Shown in pieces: positions 1-11,000 of a DNA stretch of 64,000 nucleotides. The notes beneath the pieces are model-generated. The model did not search any database and was not told the DNA's origin. It saw only the letters and a list, made by a program, of their open reading frames with translations. Numbering within the stretch: the first letter of the stretch is position 1; each line of letters opens with the position of its first letter. Origin of the DNA: a virus. Position numbers and translations under genes: made by a program. The stretch lies in the IMG/VR virus record IMGVR_UViG_3300046660_000367, positions 1 through 64,000 of that record; one strand, 5' to 3'.

Positions 1-1
1 G

Positions 2-2029
2 GCCATCGCCTCGCTGGGCAACGCTTCCTTCCCCGCCGCCGCCGTGCAGCTGCCGCCGTTCCCGTCCATCGAGATCAGCCTGCCGCCGCTCGGCAGCGCG
101 CCGGCCGATCCCGGCGACCTGACGGCCGCCATGCCGGCCTTGCCGGGCGAGGTGGCGGTGCGCGACGTGGGGCCGCTGGACCTGCCCGAGGCGCCGGTCA
201 ACAACGCCGTGGCGCCGCTGCTGATCGATATCGATCTGCCCGATCCGATGGACGCCGTGGCGCCGCCCAGCCCCGACCTGCTGACCGTTAGCGTGCCGCT
301 GGAACCGGACTTCGTGCTGCCCGCCGTGCCCGATTTCAACAGCCTGAACCTGCCGCCGGTGCCGCTGCTGGACCTGCCGCTGTTCGATACCGCCGAGCCG
401 CTGGCGCCACTGGCCATTGAAACCAGTTTCGTCTGGTCGGAAGTGGCCTACGCCAGCGCCGACTTGAGCGCGCTGAACACGCGCCTGCTCGATCTGGTGC
501 AAGGCATGAGTACCGGCCTGCCGCCAGAGGTGGAGGTCGCGCTGTGGCACAAGGGCTGTGACGAGGAAGTCATGGCCACCTATCGGACGGTGGACGCGGC
601 CATGGTGGCCTCCGCTGCGCGCGGGTTTAATCTGCCCGATGGCGCGCTGATTCGCGTGGTGCAGCAGGCGGTCGAGGATGGCATCACCCAGGACAGTGAC
701 TTGTCGCGCAAGATCATGACCGACCAGGCCGAGCTGGAGCAAGCCAATTTCCACTTCGCCTTCGGCAACGCCATGCAGCTGGAAGGCCGGCTGATGGACC
801 TGTTCAACCAGACCCGCCAGCGCGCGCTGGACGCCGAACAGTTCCGGGTGGCCTCGCTGATGGAATTGTTCAATGCCCGCGTCTCGCTGTACAAGGCCGA
901 TCTGGCCGCGTTCGGCGTCAAGGCCGATGTCTTCACCACCCGCATCAAGGCCGCGCTGGCCACCCTGGAGGCATACCGCGCGGAGCTGGAAGGCGTGAAA
1001 TTGGTGGGCCGCTTGAACGTGCAGCTGGCCCAGCAGTTCAGTGCGCAAATTTCCGCAGTGCAAGCTACCTCGGAAATCTATAAGGCCCGCGTGGCCGCCG
1101 CCGGGCTGGTGGCCGAGAGCAACAAAAATTTGACCGACAAGTACAAGGCAGAAATTGAAGGCTATACCGCCCTGGCCAAGGCGTCGGCGGGGCAGTCACA
1201 CGGCTATCTGGCCAGCATCCAGGCCGAACAGGCCAAGGCCGATATGCTGTCGGAACAGGTGCAATCCTATTCCTCGCAGGTGGCCGCCTACCAGGCACTG
1301 ACCAGCGCCAAGCTGGCCGAGGCGAATTTCCAGTTCCGCCAATTGCAGGAGTTCCCGACAGCGCTGTACAAGGCCCGGATCGGCGGCTACCAGGCGCAGG
1401 TGTCGGCCGAGGCGGCCCGGCTGTCGGCCAGTGCCGACGTGTTCCGCAACCGCGTGGAAGCCTATGCGGCCGTCGAGCGCACCAGCGCCCAGCGCGCCAG
1501 CGCGAACGCCGATGTGCTGAGCGCCACCACCAAGCTGTACACGTCACGCGCACAAGTGGCGCTGCAGGCGGCCACCGTCAACGCCAATCTGTCCCAGCTC
1601 ACGGCGGAAAACGCGCAGTCGGCCTTGCGCGCGGCCGGCCAGGTGTCCGCGCAGCTGGCCGCCGCCGCCCTGAGCGCCCGCAACGTGTCGGCCTCGCTGA
1701 CCGGCAGCACCAGCAATGCGGCCAATTTCAGCGCGTCGAATCATGAATCGACGGCCTCCAACAGCGGCACCAGCAGCACCTCGCATACCAGCACCAACAA
1801 CACGTCCAACAGCGCGACCAACAACACCGCCACGGCACACGTCACCAATAGCCAGAACATGCAGAACACCGTCAGCCAATCGACTTCCGATGACGAGTCG
1901 TTCAGTGTCAGCACGGACACCTCGACCTCCAACGAGACATCGAGTACGGCGCGCAACAGCCGCAGCAATTCGTTCAACTTCTCGGCGCGCAACTCCAAGA
2001 CCGATATCTACCGCCATCGCGGCAGCTAG
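2..2029 (+). CDS. Virion structural protein, 5'-truncated (Pro-rich N-part, long helical middle, Ser/Thr/Asn-rich tail)
   Basis: Frame is open from the window edge to TAG at 2027-2029; GC3-rich codons; co-oriented with and upstream of ejection-type genes. Confidence 0.6.
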   Translation, partial: AIASLGNASFPAAAVQLPPFPSIEISLPPLGSAPADPGDLTAAMPALPGEVAVRDVGPLDLPEAPVNNAVAPLLIDIDLPDPMDAVAPPSPDLLTVSVPLEPDFVLPAVPDFNSLNLPPVPLLDLPLFDTAEPLAPLAIETSFVWSEVAYASADLSALNTRLLDLVQGMSTGLPPEVEVALWHKGCDEEVMATYRTVDAAMVASAARGFNLPDGALIRVVQQAVEDGITQDSDLSRKIMTDQAELEQANFHFAFGNAMQLEGRLMDLFNQTRQRALDAEQFRVASLMELFNARVSLYKADLAAFGVKADVFTTRIKAALATLEAYRAELEGVKLVGRLNVQLAQQFSAQISAVQATSEIYKARVAAAGLVAESNKNLTDKYKAEIEGYTALAKASAGQSHGYLASIQAEQAKADMLSEQVQSYSSQVAAYQALTSAKLAEANFQFRQLQEFPTALYKARIGGYQAQVSAEAARLSASADVFRNRVEAYAAVERTSAQRASANADVLSATTKLYTSRAQVALQAATVNANLSQLTAENAQSALRAAGQVSAQLAAAALSARNVSASLTGSTSNAANFSASNHESTASNSGTSSTSHTSTNNTSNSATNNTATAHVTNSQNMQNTVSQSTSDDESFSVSTDTSTSNETSSTARNSRSNSFNFSARNSKTDIYRHRGS

Positions 2030-2113
2030 GTCGTATCCAGCAAATTTTAACGAACTGGCGGCGTGCACAGCACGCTGCCTGCACTGCTATTTCTATACCA
2101 AAGGGGGCCGCAA

Positions 2114-5056
2114 ATGGGCAACATGGAAGACGAATATAACCGCCTCAAGGGCGGCACCACGCCAGCGCGCCCGGTCCTCTTGGGCGGCAATGGCGCCCCG
2201 CAACCACCCACCGCGCCAGCCACCCAGCCGAGTAGCGCCTTGACGCGCCCGCCCATTCCTGTGCCGGACCCGCGTGCCAACTTGCCGCAGCCAGGCGCAG
2301 GCGTGGCCGACGCCATGCAGCAGCGCGGCACCGCGCCGGCCACGCCTGCAGCACCATCGAACCTGCGCGCCAGCTTGCCGCAGCCAGCCGCTGGCCTGGC
2401 CGATACGATACACGACCGCGCCATGGCCAGCGCGCAGTTTGATACGCCACACGCGGCGCAGCCAGCCCCCGACCTGCGCACGGCCCTGAACCAGCGCAAC
2501 CCGGTCGGCGAGCTGGCCAACGCGCAGTATGACCGCGCCGCGGCCGGGGCGCGCGCGCCAGCGCCCGCTGCCGCGCCTGTGTCCGCGCCGGACCCGCGTG
2601 CTGCCTTTGGCACCCAGCCAGGTCAGGCACTGTCGGAGGCGAGTGCCGCCCGCAGCGGGCTGCCCGCGCCGGCTGCGCCGCCCACGCCGGCAGCATCGGC
2701 AGTTTCGGACCTGCGTGCCAGCCTGCCCCAGCCAGCCGCTGGCCTGAGCGATGCGATGTACGACCGCGCCATGGCCGGCAAGTACAACCCATCGCCCGCG
2801 CCCGAGCCGGGCCTGTCGCCCACCAGGAACAGCATGCGCGCCGCTGCCGAGGCGGCGGCCAACCCGAACAGCGCGCGTGCCGCCGCCATGGCACCGCCGG
2901 GCGCCGACACCGCCGGCATGGCCAACAAGCTGCGCGGCTCAGTCGGACTGGGCGAGATGGGCGCAGCACCAGCGGGCGCAGCGCCGCCACCGGGGGCACC
3001 TGGCGCCATCCGCAGCGCCGCGCAGACGGCCTTCGGCAACGGCGAGCAATGGTCGCAGTTCGGCCAGAAGGCGCGCGCCGGTATCAACGCCGTCGCCAAC
3101 AATCCGGTGGTCAAGCAAGTCGTCAAGCGGGCGCCGCTGATCGGCGCAGTGGCCGGTGGCGCCGAAGCGGTGCATGGGCTGGCCAACAACGACATGGGCC
3201 AGGCCGGTTTGGGCGCGGCCGACGCTGCTGCCAGCCTCGCGCTGGCCTCGCCGGCAGCACCGGCAGCGGCCGTCTACCTGACCGGGCGCGGCGCCTGGGA
3301 GGGCGGCAAGATGCTGGGCAACGCCTTGCCTGAAACCGCGCGGGATTCCATCGGCAGCGGCATCAACAGCGTAGTGCGCGGCGCCGGCAAGCTGTTTGGC
3401 CAGGATTGGGGCGTTGACGACAGTGCCTTGCAGGCCCAGCGCGGCAGCATCGCCGCAGCAGCTACCGCCGCGAGCAAGCCGCCGGCAGCCAAGCCGACTG
3501 CCAAGCCTGCCGGCCCGGTGATGACCGAGGACCAAGCTGACCAGTACAGCCTGCAACAGCAGGCCCGCCAGTCGGCCAAGCCTGCCGCGCCCGCTGCGGC
3601 TCCGACCGGCCCCGTGCCAGGCGACCAGCGGCAACAGGCCATGCTGGATCGCTATTACGCCTTACACAAGGAATCGCGGGAAAGCCCAATTTCGGGCATC
3701 GATTATGGCGGATCGTACAACGGCACGCACATTTCCTACAAGGATGGCAGCGAGGCCGTCATCCCCCATGGCCAGCCACTGCCGTCCGAAGCGCAGCAAT
3801 ACCTTGACCGCTCCTATGAAGTAAGCAACCTGATGAACGGCAGCTGGCAAGCGCCTGCTCCGGCGCCTGGAACTGCCGCTACGCCAGCTGCCGCCGCGCC
3901 AGCCAATCCGAACTTGAGCGAGAACCAGCGCCGCATCCAGTCGAACGCGCAGGAAATGGGGTACGACCCGGCGCGCGCCATGATGATCAGCTCGATTGAA
4001 ACCGGCGGCAAGTTCAACCACGACGCGCAAAACCCGAACAGCAGCGCTTTTGGCCTGTTCCAGATGACCAAGGAAAACCGCGCCGCCTACCCAATGACGG
4101 CGGCGCAGTGGAAAGACCCGGCTGTGCAGGCGCGCGCTGGCATCGACTTTATGATGAAGACCGACGCCGGCCTGACCTCCAGCCTCGGGCGCGCACCGAC
4201 CCCTGCCGAGTCCTACATGGGCCACCTGCTGGGGGTGAAGGGCGCCACCGCGCTGCTCGGTGCCGACCCGAACGCCCCCATCGAGAAGGTGGTGGCCGGC
4301 TTCTCGCCCAAGAACGCCAAGGCCATCGTCAACAACAACGGCATGTCAGGCATGACCGCCGGCCAGGCCATCGGCAAGTGGACCGGCCTGGCGGCGTCGC
4401 ACATGCCCGGCGGCGGTGGCGCTGGCGGCAGCGCCTCGCCCATCGTCCAGCAGGCCCAGGTGGCGGCAGGCGGCATACCCGGCGGCGTCCCCCCCGAGCT
4501 GCGCGAGCAACCCATCTGGGAAATGCGGGGCATGCACAGCACGATACAGATGCCAGATGGTAGCGTGGTGTCCCCATCCATCTACAACGCGGCCATGGCC
4601 AGCGGCGACTTTTACGGCAAGAACAGCCCGTACACCAAATACCGTGACGCGCAGGTGCAGGGCGAAATCTACGGCGTGAACCCGCTCCAGGCGAAGCTGG
4701 ACGAGCAGGCGCTGCAAAACCAGGGTTCCGCGGCGGTGGCCGCCACCACCGGCCAGTACGGCGTGCAGGGCCATACCATCGCCGGCAAGGCGCATGTGGA
4801 TGCGGCCAAGCTCGCCGCCGAGAGCGGAAAACAGAGCTTCATCAACACCGGCGGCGGGGTCGATCCGACCACCTTTGCGCCGCTGCCGCAGCGCGTGTTC
4901 GACACGCAGACCAAGACCTTCGTCGATCCGCCGGCCAAGCCGAAGCCGTCGCAGGCAGCCGCCACCGCGCAGGCACAGGCGGCGATCAAGGCTGGCGGCA
5001 CCAAGGAAGCGGCAAATGCGATCCTGGCCAACTACGGCTACCCACCGATCAACTAG
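2114..5056 (+). CDS. Virion ejection/internal protein with lytic transglycosylase (SLT/lysozyme-like) domain
   Basis: AAGGGGG RBS before ATG 2114; SSIETGG (catalytic Glu) ... SSAFGLFQM ... LGRAPTPAESYMGHLLG at ~3990-4380; Pro/Ala-rich repeats at the N-terminus. Confidence 0.8.
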   Translation: MGNMEDEYNRLKGGTTPARPVLLGGNGAPQPPTAPATQPSSALTRPPIPVPDPRANLPQPGAGVADAMQQRGTAPATPAAPSNLRASLPQPAAGLADTIHDRAMASAQFDTPHAAQPAPDLRTALNQRNPVGELANAQYDRAAAGARAPAPAAAPVSAPDPRAAFGTQPGQALSEASAARSGLPAPAAPPTPAASAVSDLRASLPQPAAGLSDAMYDRAMAGKYNPSPAPEPGLSPTRNSMRAAAEAAANPNSARAAAMAPPGADTAGMANKLRGSVGLGEMGAAPAGAAPPPGAPGAIRSAAQTAFGNGEQWSQFGQKARAGINAVANNPVVKQVVKRAPLIGAVAGGAEAVHGLANNDMGQAGLGAADAAASLALASPAAPAAAVYLTGRGAWEGGKMLGNALPETARDSIGSGINSVVRGAGKLFGQDWGVDDSALQAQRGSIAAAATAASKPPAAKPTAKPAGPVMTEDQADQYSLQQQARQSAKPAAPAAAPTGPVPGDQRQQAMLDRYYALHKESRESPISGIDYGGSYNGTHISYKDGSEAVIPHGQPLPSEAQQYLDRSYEVSNLMNGSWQAPAPAPGTAATPAAAAPANPNLSENQRRIQSNAQEMGYDPARAMMISSIETGGKFNHDAQNPNSSAFGLFQMTKENRAAYPMTAAQWKDPAVQARAGIDFMMKTDAGLTSSLGRAPTPAESYMGHLLGVKGATALLGADPNAPIEKVVAGFSPKNAKAIVNNNGMSGMTAGQAIGKWTGLAASHMPGGGGAGGSASPIVQQAQVAAGGIPGGVPPELREQPIWEMRGMHSTIQMPDGSVVSPSIYNAAMASGDFYGKNSPYTKYRDAQVQGEIYGVNPLQAKLDEQALQNQGSAAVAATTGQYGVQGHTIAGKAHVDAAKLAAESGKQSFINTGGGVDPTTFAPLPQRVFDTQTKTFVDPPAKPKPSQAAATAQAQAAIKAGGTKEAANAILANYGYPPIN
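2271..2778 (+). repeat. Three intragenic repeats RA(N/S)LPQP(G/A)AG(V/L)(A/S)D plus degenerate copies
   Basis: Near-identical DNA at ~2361-2428 and ~2709-2776 (acctgcgYgccagcYtgccScagccagccgctggcctg...gaccgcgccatggcc); weaker copy from ~2271. Confidence 0.85.
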
Positions 5057-5068
5057 AGAGAGCACCCC

Positions 5069-8000
5069 ATGCCAAAGAACACTGACCTGGGCGACTTCGC
5101 CAGCATTGTGCCGGGCGCTGAACCGGACCTCGGCGAATTCGCCACGATCGTGCCGAAGAACCGGCCGTCCATCATCGGTTCGAGCATCGCAGACCTGGGC
5201 CGCTCGCTGAAAACCGGCGTCGAGCAGTTGCCCGGCATGGTCACCGGCCTGGCCGACATCGTGCCGGCGCTCGCCACCGGCACCCGGCCGTTTACCACGG
5301 CAGCCGACTGGCTCGGCGAGCAGACCGGCTTCCAGCCCGGAAAATGGGCCAAGGAGCAGCAGTTTTCCCCCGCTTACAGGCAGAACCAGCAAGAGATTCA
5401 GGATGCGTGGAAGGGTGTCAACGCGGTCTCCGACGACCCGCACGCGAGCAACGCGGACTACCTGCGCAAGCTGGCCGCCGACGCGCCTGGCATCGCCGCC
5501 GAATATGTGAAGCACCCGATGTATTCGCTCAACCAGGTGACCGAATCGCTGCCGTCGATGATCGCCGGCGGCGCCATCGGGCGCGCTGGGGTGGTCGCCG
5601 GGCGCGCGCTGCCGGTCGCGGCCGACGCGGCACTGGGGACGGCCGCCAAAGCTGCGGTGCCGGGCTATCTGGAACGCGCAGTCGGTAACAAGGTCGCCAG
5701 CGAGATCGCCGGCGGTGTCGGTGAAGGCACGGTGCAGGCCGGACAGGCCATGGACCAGTCGGAAGGCAGCGACCAGCGCAAGAATGCGATTGCGGCGCTC
5801 GGCTCGGGTGCGCTTGATGCGCTCATTGCTGGCGGCGCCGGGCATGTGGCGCACAAGCTCGGCTGGGAAACGGCCAATACCGCGATGGCGCAGGGATTCG
5901 ATCACAAGCTCGCCAGCGGCCTGTCGGCGGCCAAGCGCATCGCCGGCGGCGCCGCCTCGGAAGGACTGCTGCAGGAGGTGCCGCAGTCGATGCAGGAACA
6001 GGCCTGGCAGAACTACGCGGACGGCAAGCCGTTGATGCAGGGCGTGGTCCAGCAGGGCGTCGAAGGCGGGATTGCCGGCGCCGTGATGGGCGCCGGCGCC
6101 AACTTGCGCGGCGGCGAGGCGCCGCCACCACCCGGCGGCAGCACGGCCACGCCGCCGGCCAACAATCCGCCCGGTGGCAGCCAGGGCACCCCGCCAGCGA
6201 CCCCGCCCGGCCCGCTGACGCAAGCGGCCAGCCTGGTCCCCGGCGCGCGCCAGCAGTTCCCGTTCGGCTCCATTGACCTCGCGCAGAAGCAGGCCAACAG
6301 CTTCACCAGCGATTTCGGCATCCCGCATCAGGCGGTGCCGCACCCGAGCGTGCCGGGCAAGTTCGCCGCCGTGCCGGTGACCGTAGACGGCGCTGACGCC
6401 CTGTTCGTCAAGGAAGCCGAGCGGCAGGGGGTCGATCCGGCCGCCGCGCAGCTGGCCACCCATGGCGATGGTGGCGCCAGCCTGATGACCGACCTGCTGG
6501 CCCAGCACCCGGAGCTGACGGCGCAGCAGTGGAGCGACCCGGCCACGCGCGCGCAACTGGCCGCCGCCTACCTCAAACAAGACATCGACGCGCTGGGCGA
6601 GGCGCTGGGGCGTGCACCGACCCCGGCCGAAACCTACATCGGCCGCCAGCTCGGCACCACCACGGCAGCCGAACTGCTGAACGTGCCAGCGTCCGAGCGC
6701 GGCATGCCGGTCTCGTCCATCATCAGCGACCCCGCCGTCGAAGACCGCCTTGGCCTGACCGGCATGCCGGTCGGCTTTGTCATCGACCACTTGACGCAGC
6801 AGGCCGACACCACGCTGGCCACCTTGAAGGGGAACGGCAATGCCAACCTGGGAACCGAAGTACCTGCCGCTGGAGGCGCCACTACTGGATATGATGGTGG
6901 CGCAGCTGTGGGTGACGCAGCAGGAAGTGGAACTGTGGCTGGACGACCTGCTGCCGGAACCGGCGCTGTCGCAGCTGGAACACCGGCTGCACCTGGCGCG
7001 GCTGAAACTGGACCTGACGGTGCCGGTGCAGTAGCGCCGCGCGTGCAAGTCGGCCCGACCGAGGACGGCTTCCAGAATGGCAACGCCCAGCGCCACCGCG
7101 ACACCGCCGACGCGCTGGGCCTGACCGACACCATCGAGCGCCTGTTCGGCGACGGCCTGACGGTCAACCAGGTGGTCGGCCAGATTCAGGACAAGGCGCC
7201 CGGCGTGGTGCCGGCCGACCTGCCGAACCTGGTCAACGGCGTGCGCGGCACGCTCGGCATCCCGGCGCCGATCTCGCCCGAGGGCAAGGGCGCGTTTGAC
7301 GCCTGGCGCGCAGAGTACAAGGCGCGCGGGCAGCAGACCAAACAGCAGGCGGCACAGCAGCAGGACGACCTGTTCCCTGACGTGCCGGACTTCCCGGCCA
7401 CGCCGACCCCGACAGGCACCACCACGTCCGCAGAATCGGCAGCAGCCGATACCCCTGCAACCCCTGATACCCAAGCGCTGCCGGCCTGGCACGATTCGCC
7501 GTTCGCCCCGCGCATCCACGCCATGCTGGATAGCCTGAAAGAAGCCGGCGACACCGATATGGCGCGCTCGATCGAGGCCGGCGTCGAGATGGACGCCAAG
7601 CAGGGCCGCTTGAACGAACAGAACACCGCCTACCGCGAGGAAAAGGCGCGCATCGCCGTCAACACCAAGGCCGGCGAGGGCAAGCCGCCGGTGCCGGTCG
7701 CCATCGCGCCGGAAACCTACGACAGCCTGGCCGGGAAGATCAACACGATTCCCGCCTTGCCACGCGCCATCGGCGAGGCCGCGGTCGCGCGCTGGAACGA
7801 GATCGCGCCCAAGCTGGCCGCGCTCGGCTTCAAGGATGGCGAGGTCGATGCGCGCCACGCGCCCGAGGCACGCGAGCTGCAAAAGCAGCTCAAGGACATC
7901 AGCAGCGCCTTGAATGGCCTGGCGCCGCGCCGCTATCAGGTTGAGCGCGAACACAAGAACGTCAACCCGGATGCCATCGAGCGCGAGGAAAACTTCGCCA

Positions 8001-11000
8001 CCACCGTCCTTGGCATCGATACGCGCGCCCATCCAGGCGTCAATACTGACCACCGCATCACCCTCGGCCAGGGGGTGCAGACACCGACAGGCACCACTAC
8101 GCCCGCGAAAGAGCAAATCGACCTGTCGGACCTGATCGCGCAGTCCACGGCTGCCGGCACCAATGACGCCGGCGAGGCGCTGTTTGAGAACCAGCGCGGG
8201 ACCTTCCGCGTGCGTAAGGACCGCAAGGACCAGCCTGACGGCTACGCCGACTTCGGCGGCGACCTCGCTCCCACCGCCGCAGCACCGGCAGATGCGCGGC
8301 TGGAGTATGCGCGCACTGCCCTGCACGCGCACCTCGGCGCGGCTGGCGAGCTGTACCAGCTCGATGGTGTGCAGCATACCAAAGCGCGCCAGGATGTCAT
8401 GAGTGCGCTGATGGGCACGCCGGTAGAGAAGAAAGAGGCCAGCGTGGACGCGCTGCGCGCGGAACTGTATCGCCGCATCGGTATTGTCAAGGGCAACGCG
8501 CTGGCGAAAGAAATGGTGTTCCAGCAGTGGTACAAGGATGGCGGGCTGGTCAATGTGCCGCAGCAGGGCGGCCACAGCGAGCAGTACGACAACTACCGCA
8601 AGGCCATCGAGGCGGGCCAGGCCAGCCAGGGCATGGCCGAGCAGATCGCCGCCGATGAACGCCTGAATGACGGCGAGGACGGCGAGCTGCAGGACTTGAT
8701 CGAGGCACACGCCAAAGGTAAATCTGACGCCGCGCACGCCGCTGTCGTCAGTGATAACGGGCTGGGCAAACCGGCCAAGATCGATCATGCCCGCTTGACC
8801 TTTGCTGGTGCCAGTTCTGGCTTCACCGTCAGCGATGACCTCAAAGCGCGTGTGCAGCAAGCGTTGCGCGAGCGCCCTGACGCATACAAGACTGGCTTTT
8901 ACAGCCAGAACAATACCCGCTTGAAATTGCCGGCGACTAAACACACTACCAATGAAACGGGCGGTCAGTTCCAGGTGAAGGATGACGGCAGCGTGATGCT
9001 GTTGGGGGATGACGGCTACGGCTGGTATTCCACCATGAGTCAGAAGACCGTCACGCGCACCTTGACCGACTGGCTCAAGAATATGGGTGCGGAGTCGGGC
9101 AAACTCGACAACGGCACCGCGCCGGAACACGCCCGCAACGAGGGCAAGCCGCTTGACCCTAACAACAAGTTCGTGCCGTCTGACAACGGCCCGGTCAATG
9201 AGCTGGCGCCGGTCGATGCAGGCCTGGTGCCGCTGGACATGAGCGTGGACGAGTTTGCCTCGATCACCAACGAGTTCGCCGCGCTGTTCGCTGCGCCGGA
9301 CACCTACGTGCAAACCGAGAAGCGGGTTGACCCCGCCACGGTGCTGCATGCCCCCGAGCCGACACCAGCCGGCGAAGGCAAGTGGACCATGGCGCCGTCC
9401 AAGGCGACCCTGGCCGCGCTCAAGGAGGTCGAGAACGCCCCGGCGCAGCCGCTCATCACCATGGTGGAAGACACCGATGCGCGCAGCACCAAGGAGGGCA
9501 AGCGCCACTTCCGCATCACCGCCAACTACACCAACCGCTATGACGCCGCGCCGATGACTCAGGGCGCCGTGATGGTCGGCGAGCAAGGTGAGGACAATGT
9601 TTCGCGTGACTCGGGCCGGGTCGGCACCAAGCAGGGGCTGGCGGGCGGGGTTGCCGAAATGAAGGCGATGTGGCTGGAGCTGGAATCGGCCATCCTGGAC
9701 CAGGACAAGTGGATCGACCACGCCACCGAGCAGGCCGAAAACAGCAAACTCCGCCAGCAAAACAACCAGAAGATCATCCTGTCGCTGTTCGACTACACCG
9801 GCGAGTGGGGCCAGCCGTGGGCTGACGCCGGCTACAACGTCATTCCCATCGACATTCAGAACGGCATCGACGTGCACGACCTGAACGCCGAGTACCTGTA
9901 CGATGAAATGGGCGTCGAGGGCGACATTCACGGCATGCTCATTGCCGTCCCCTGCACCGACTTCGCGGTGGCCGGCGCCAAGCATTTCGCCGCCAAGGAC
10001 GCCGACGGCCGCACCGAGTCGAGCAAGGAACTGGTCAAGGCGTCCTTGTCGCTGGTCGAGGAATTGCGGCCGAAATTTTGGGCGCTGGAAAACCCGGTCA
10101 GCCGCATCGAAAGCCTGACCGGCCTGCCACCGGCGCGCATGAGTTTTAACCCAAACCACTTCGGCCATGCGTATACCAAGAAGACCATGCTGTGGGGGAA
10201 TTTCCAGACCGATCTGCCGCTCTCGCCGGTCGATCCGGTCCTGGGTAGCAAAATGCACCAGAAGTTCGGCGGCAGCAGCCAGGAAACCAAGAACGCCCGT
10301 TCGGAAACCCCGCGTGGTTTCGCCGCGGCCTTCTTCATGGCCAACAACTACGCCGACCTGACGCCCGAGCAGCGCCTGACCGGCGACTACCCGGAAGCGT
10401 CGGGCGCGATCGCCACCGCCTTGAAAGCCGGCGTACCAGAAGACCGCGTGCGCGAGCTGATGGAGCAGACTTACGAAAACTACGACTCCGAAGCGGCCCG
10501 CAACGCCCTGATCAAGGAAGTGGCCGCGCTGAAAGAGGGCACCGGCGACTATGCCGCTGACGAGGATGCGGACGAGGACGGGCCGAGCGCGCTATCGGCC
10601 AGTGTGCCGGGCACGGTCGATGCCCCGCTCAAGTTCCACAGCGGCATGAGCCGCCCCGGCGACTTCAGCAAGCTGTTTGCCGGGCACCGCAATGTCGGAA
10701 TCGAGGTCGGCGAGCTGTCGAAGGTGTCGGTCCCGAAGATCGCCGCCGCGATGGCCAACACCAATAGCCACCTGTTCGTCGATACCGGCGCCTTCCCGAT
10801 CTACCAGAGCAACAAGCTGGCGTTCCTCGATGCGCTGAAAAAGCAGGACTTCTCCGACTGGAAGAACGAGGAAATGCTGTCGTTTGACCAGATTCTGGAG
10901 CGCTACAAGTCGATCCAGGACGCGATCAACGAGGCCGACGACAGCGGGTTCGCCATCGAGCGCGCCTATTTCGTCATGCCTGACGTGGTCGGCCGCCAGG

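Noticed and set aside
7296-7538. Other same-strand alternate-frame ORFs in the giant gene (e.g. 7296, 9255, 14512, 21931)
   Set aside because: Arg/Pro/Ser-rich off-frame translations; codon bias stays with the main frame
4346-10258. 1970-aa antisense ORF (also 15248-18814, 19229-20845, 21101-23326)
   Set aside because: Shadow frames of GC3-rich sense genes; no recognisable motifs or RBS, unlike the two +1 nested ORFs where the codon bias actually shifts
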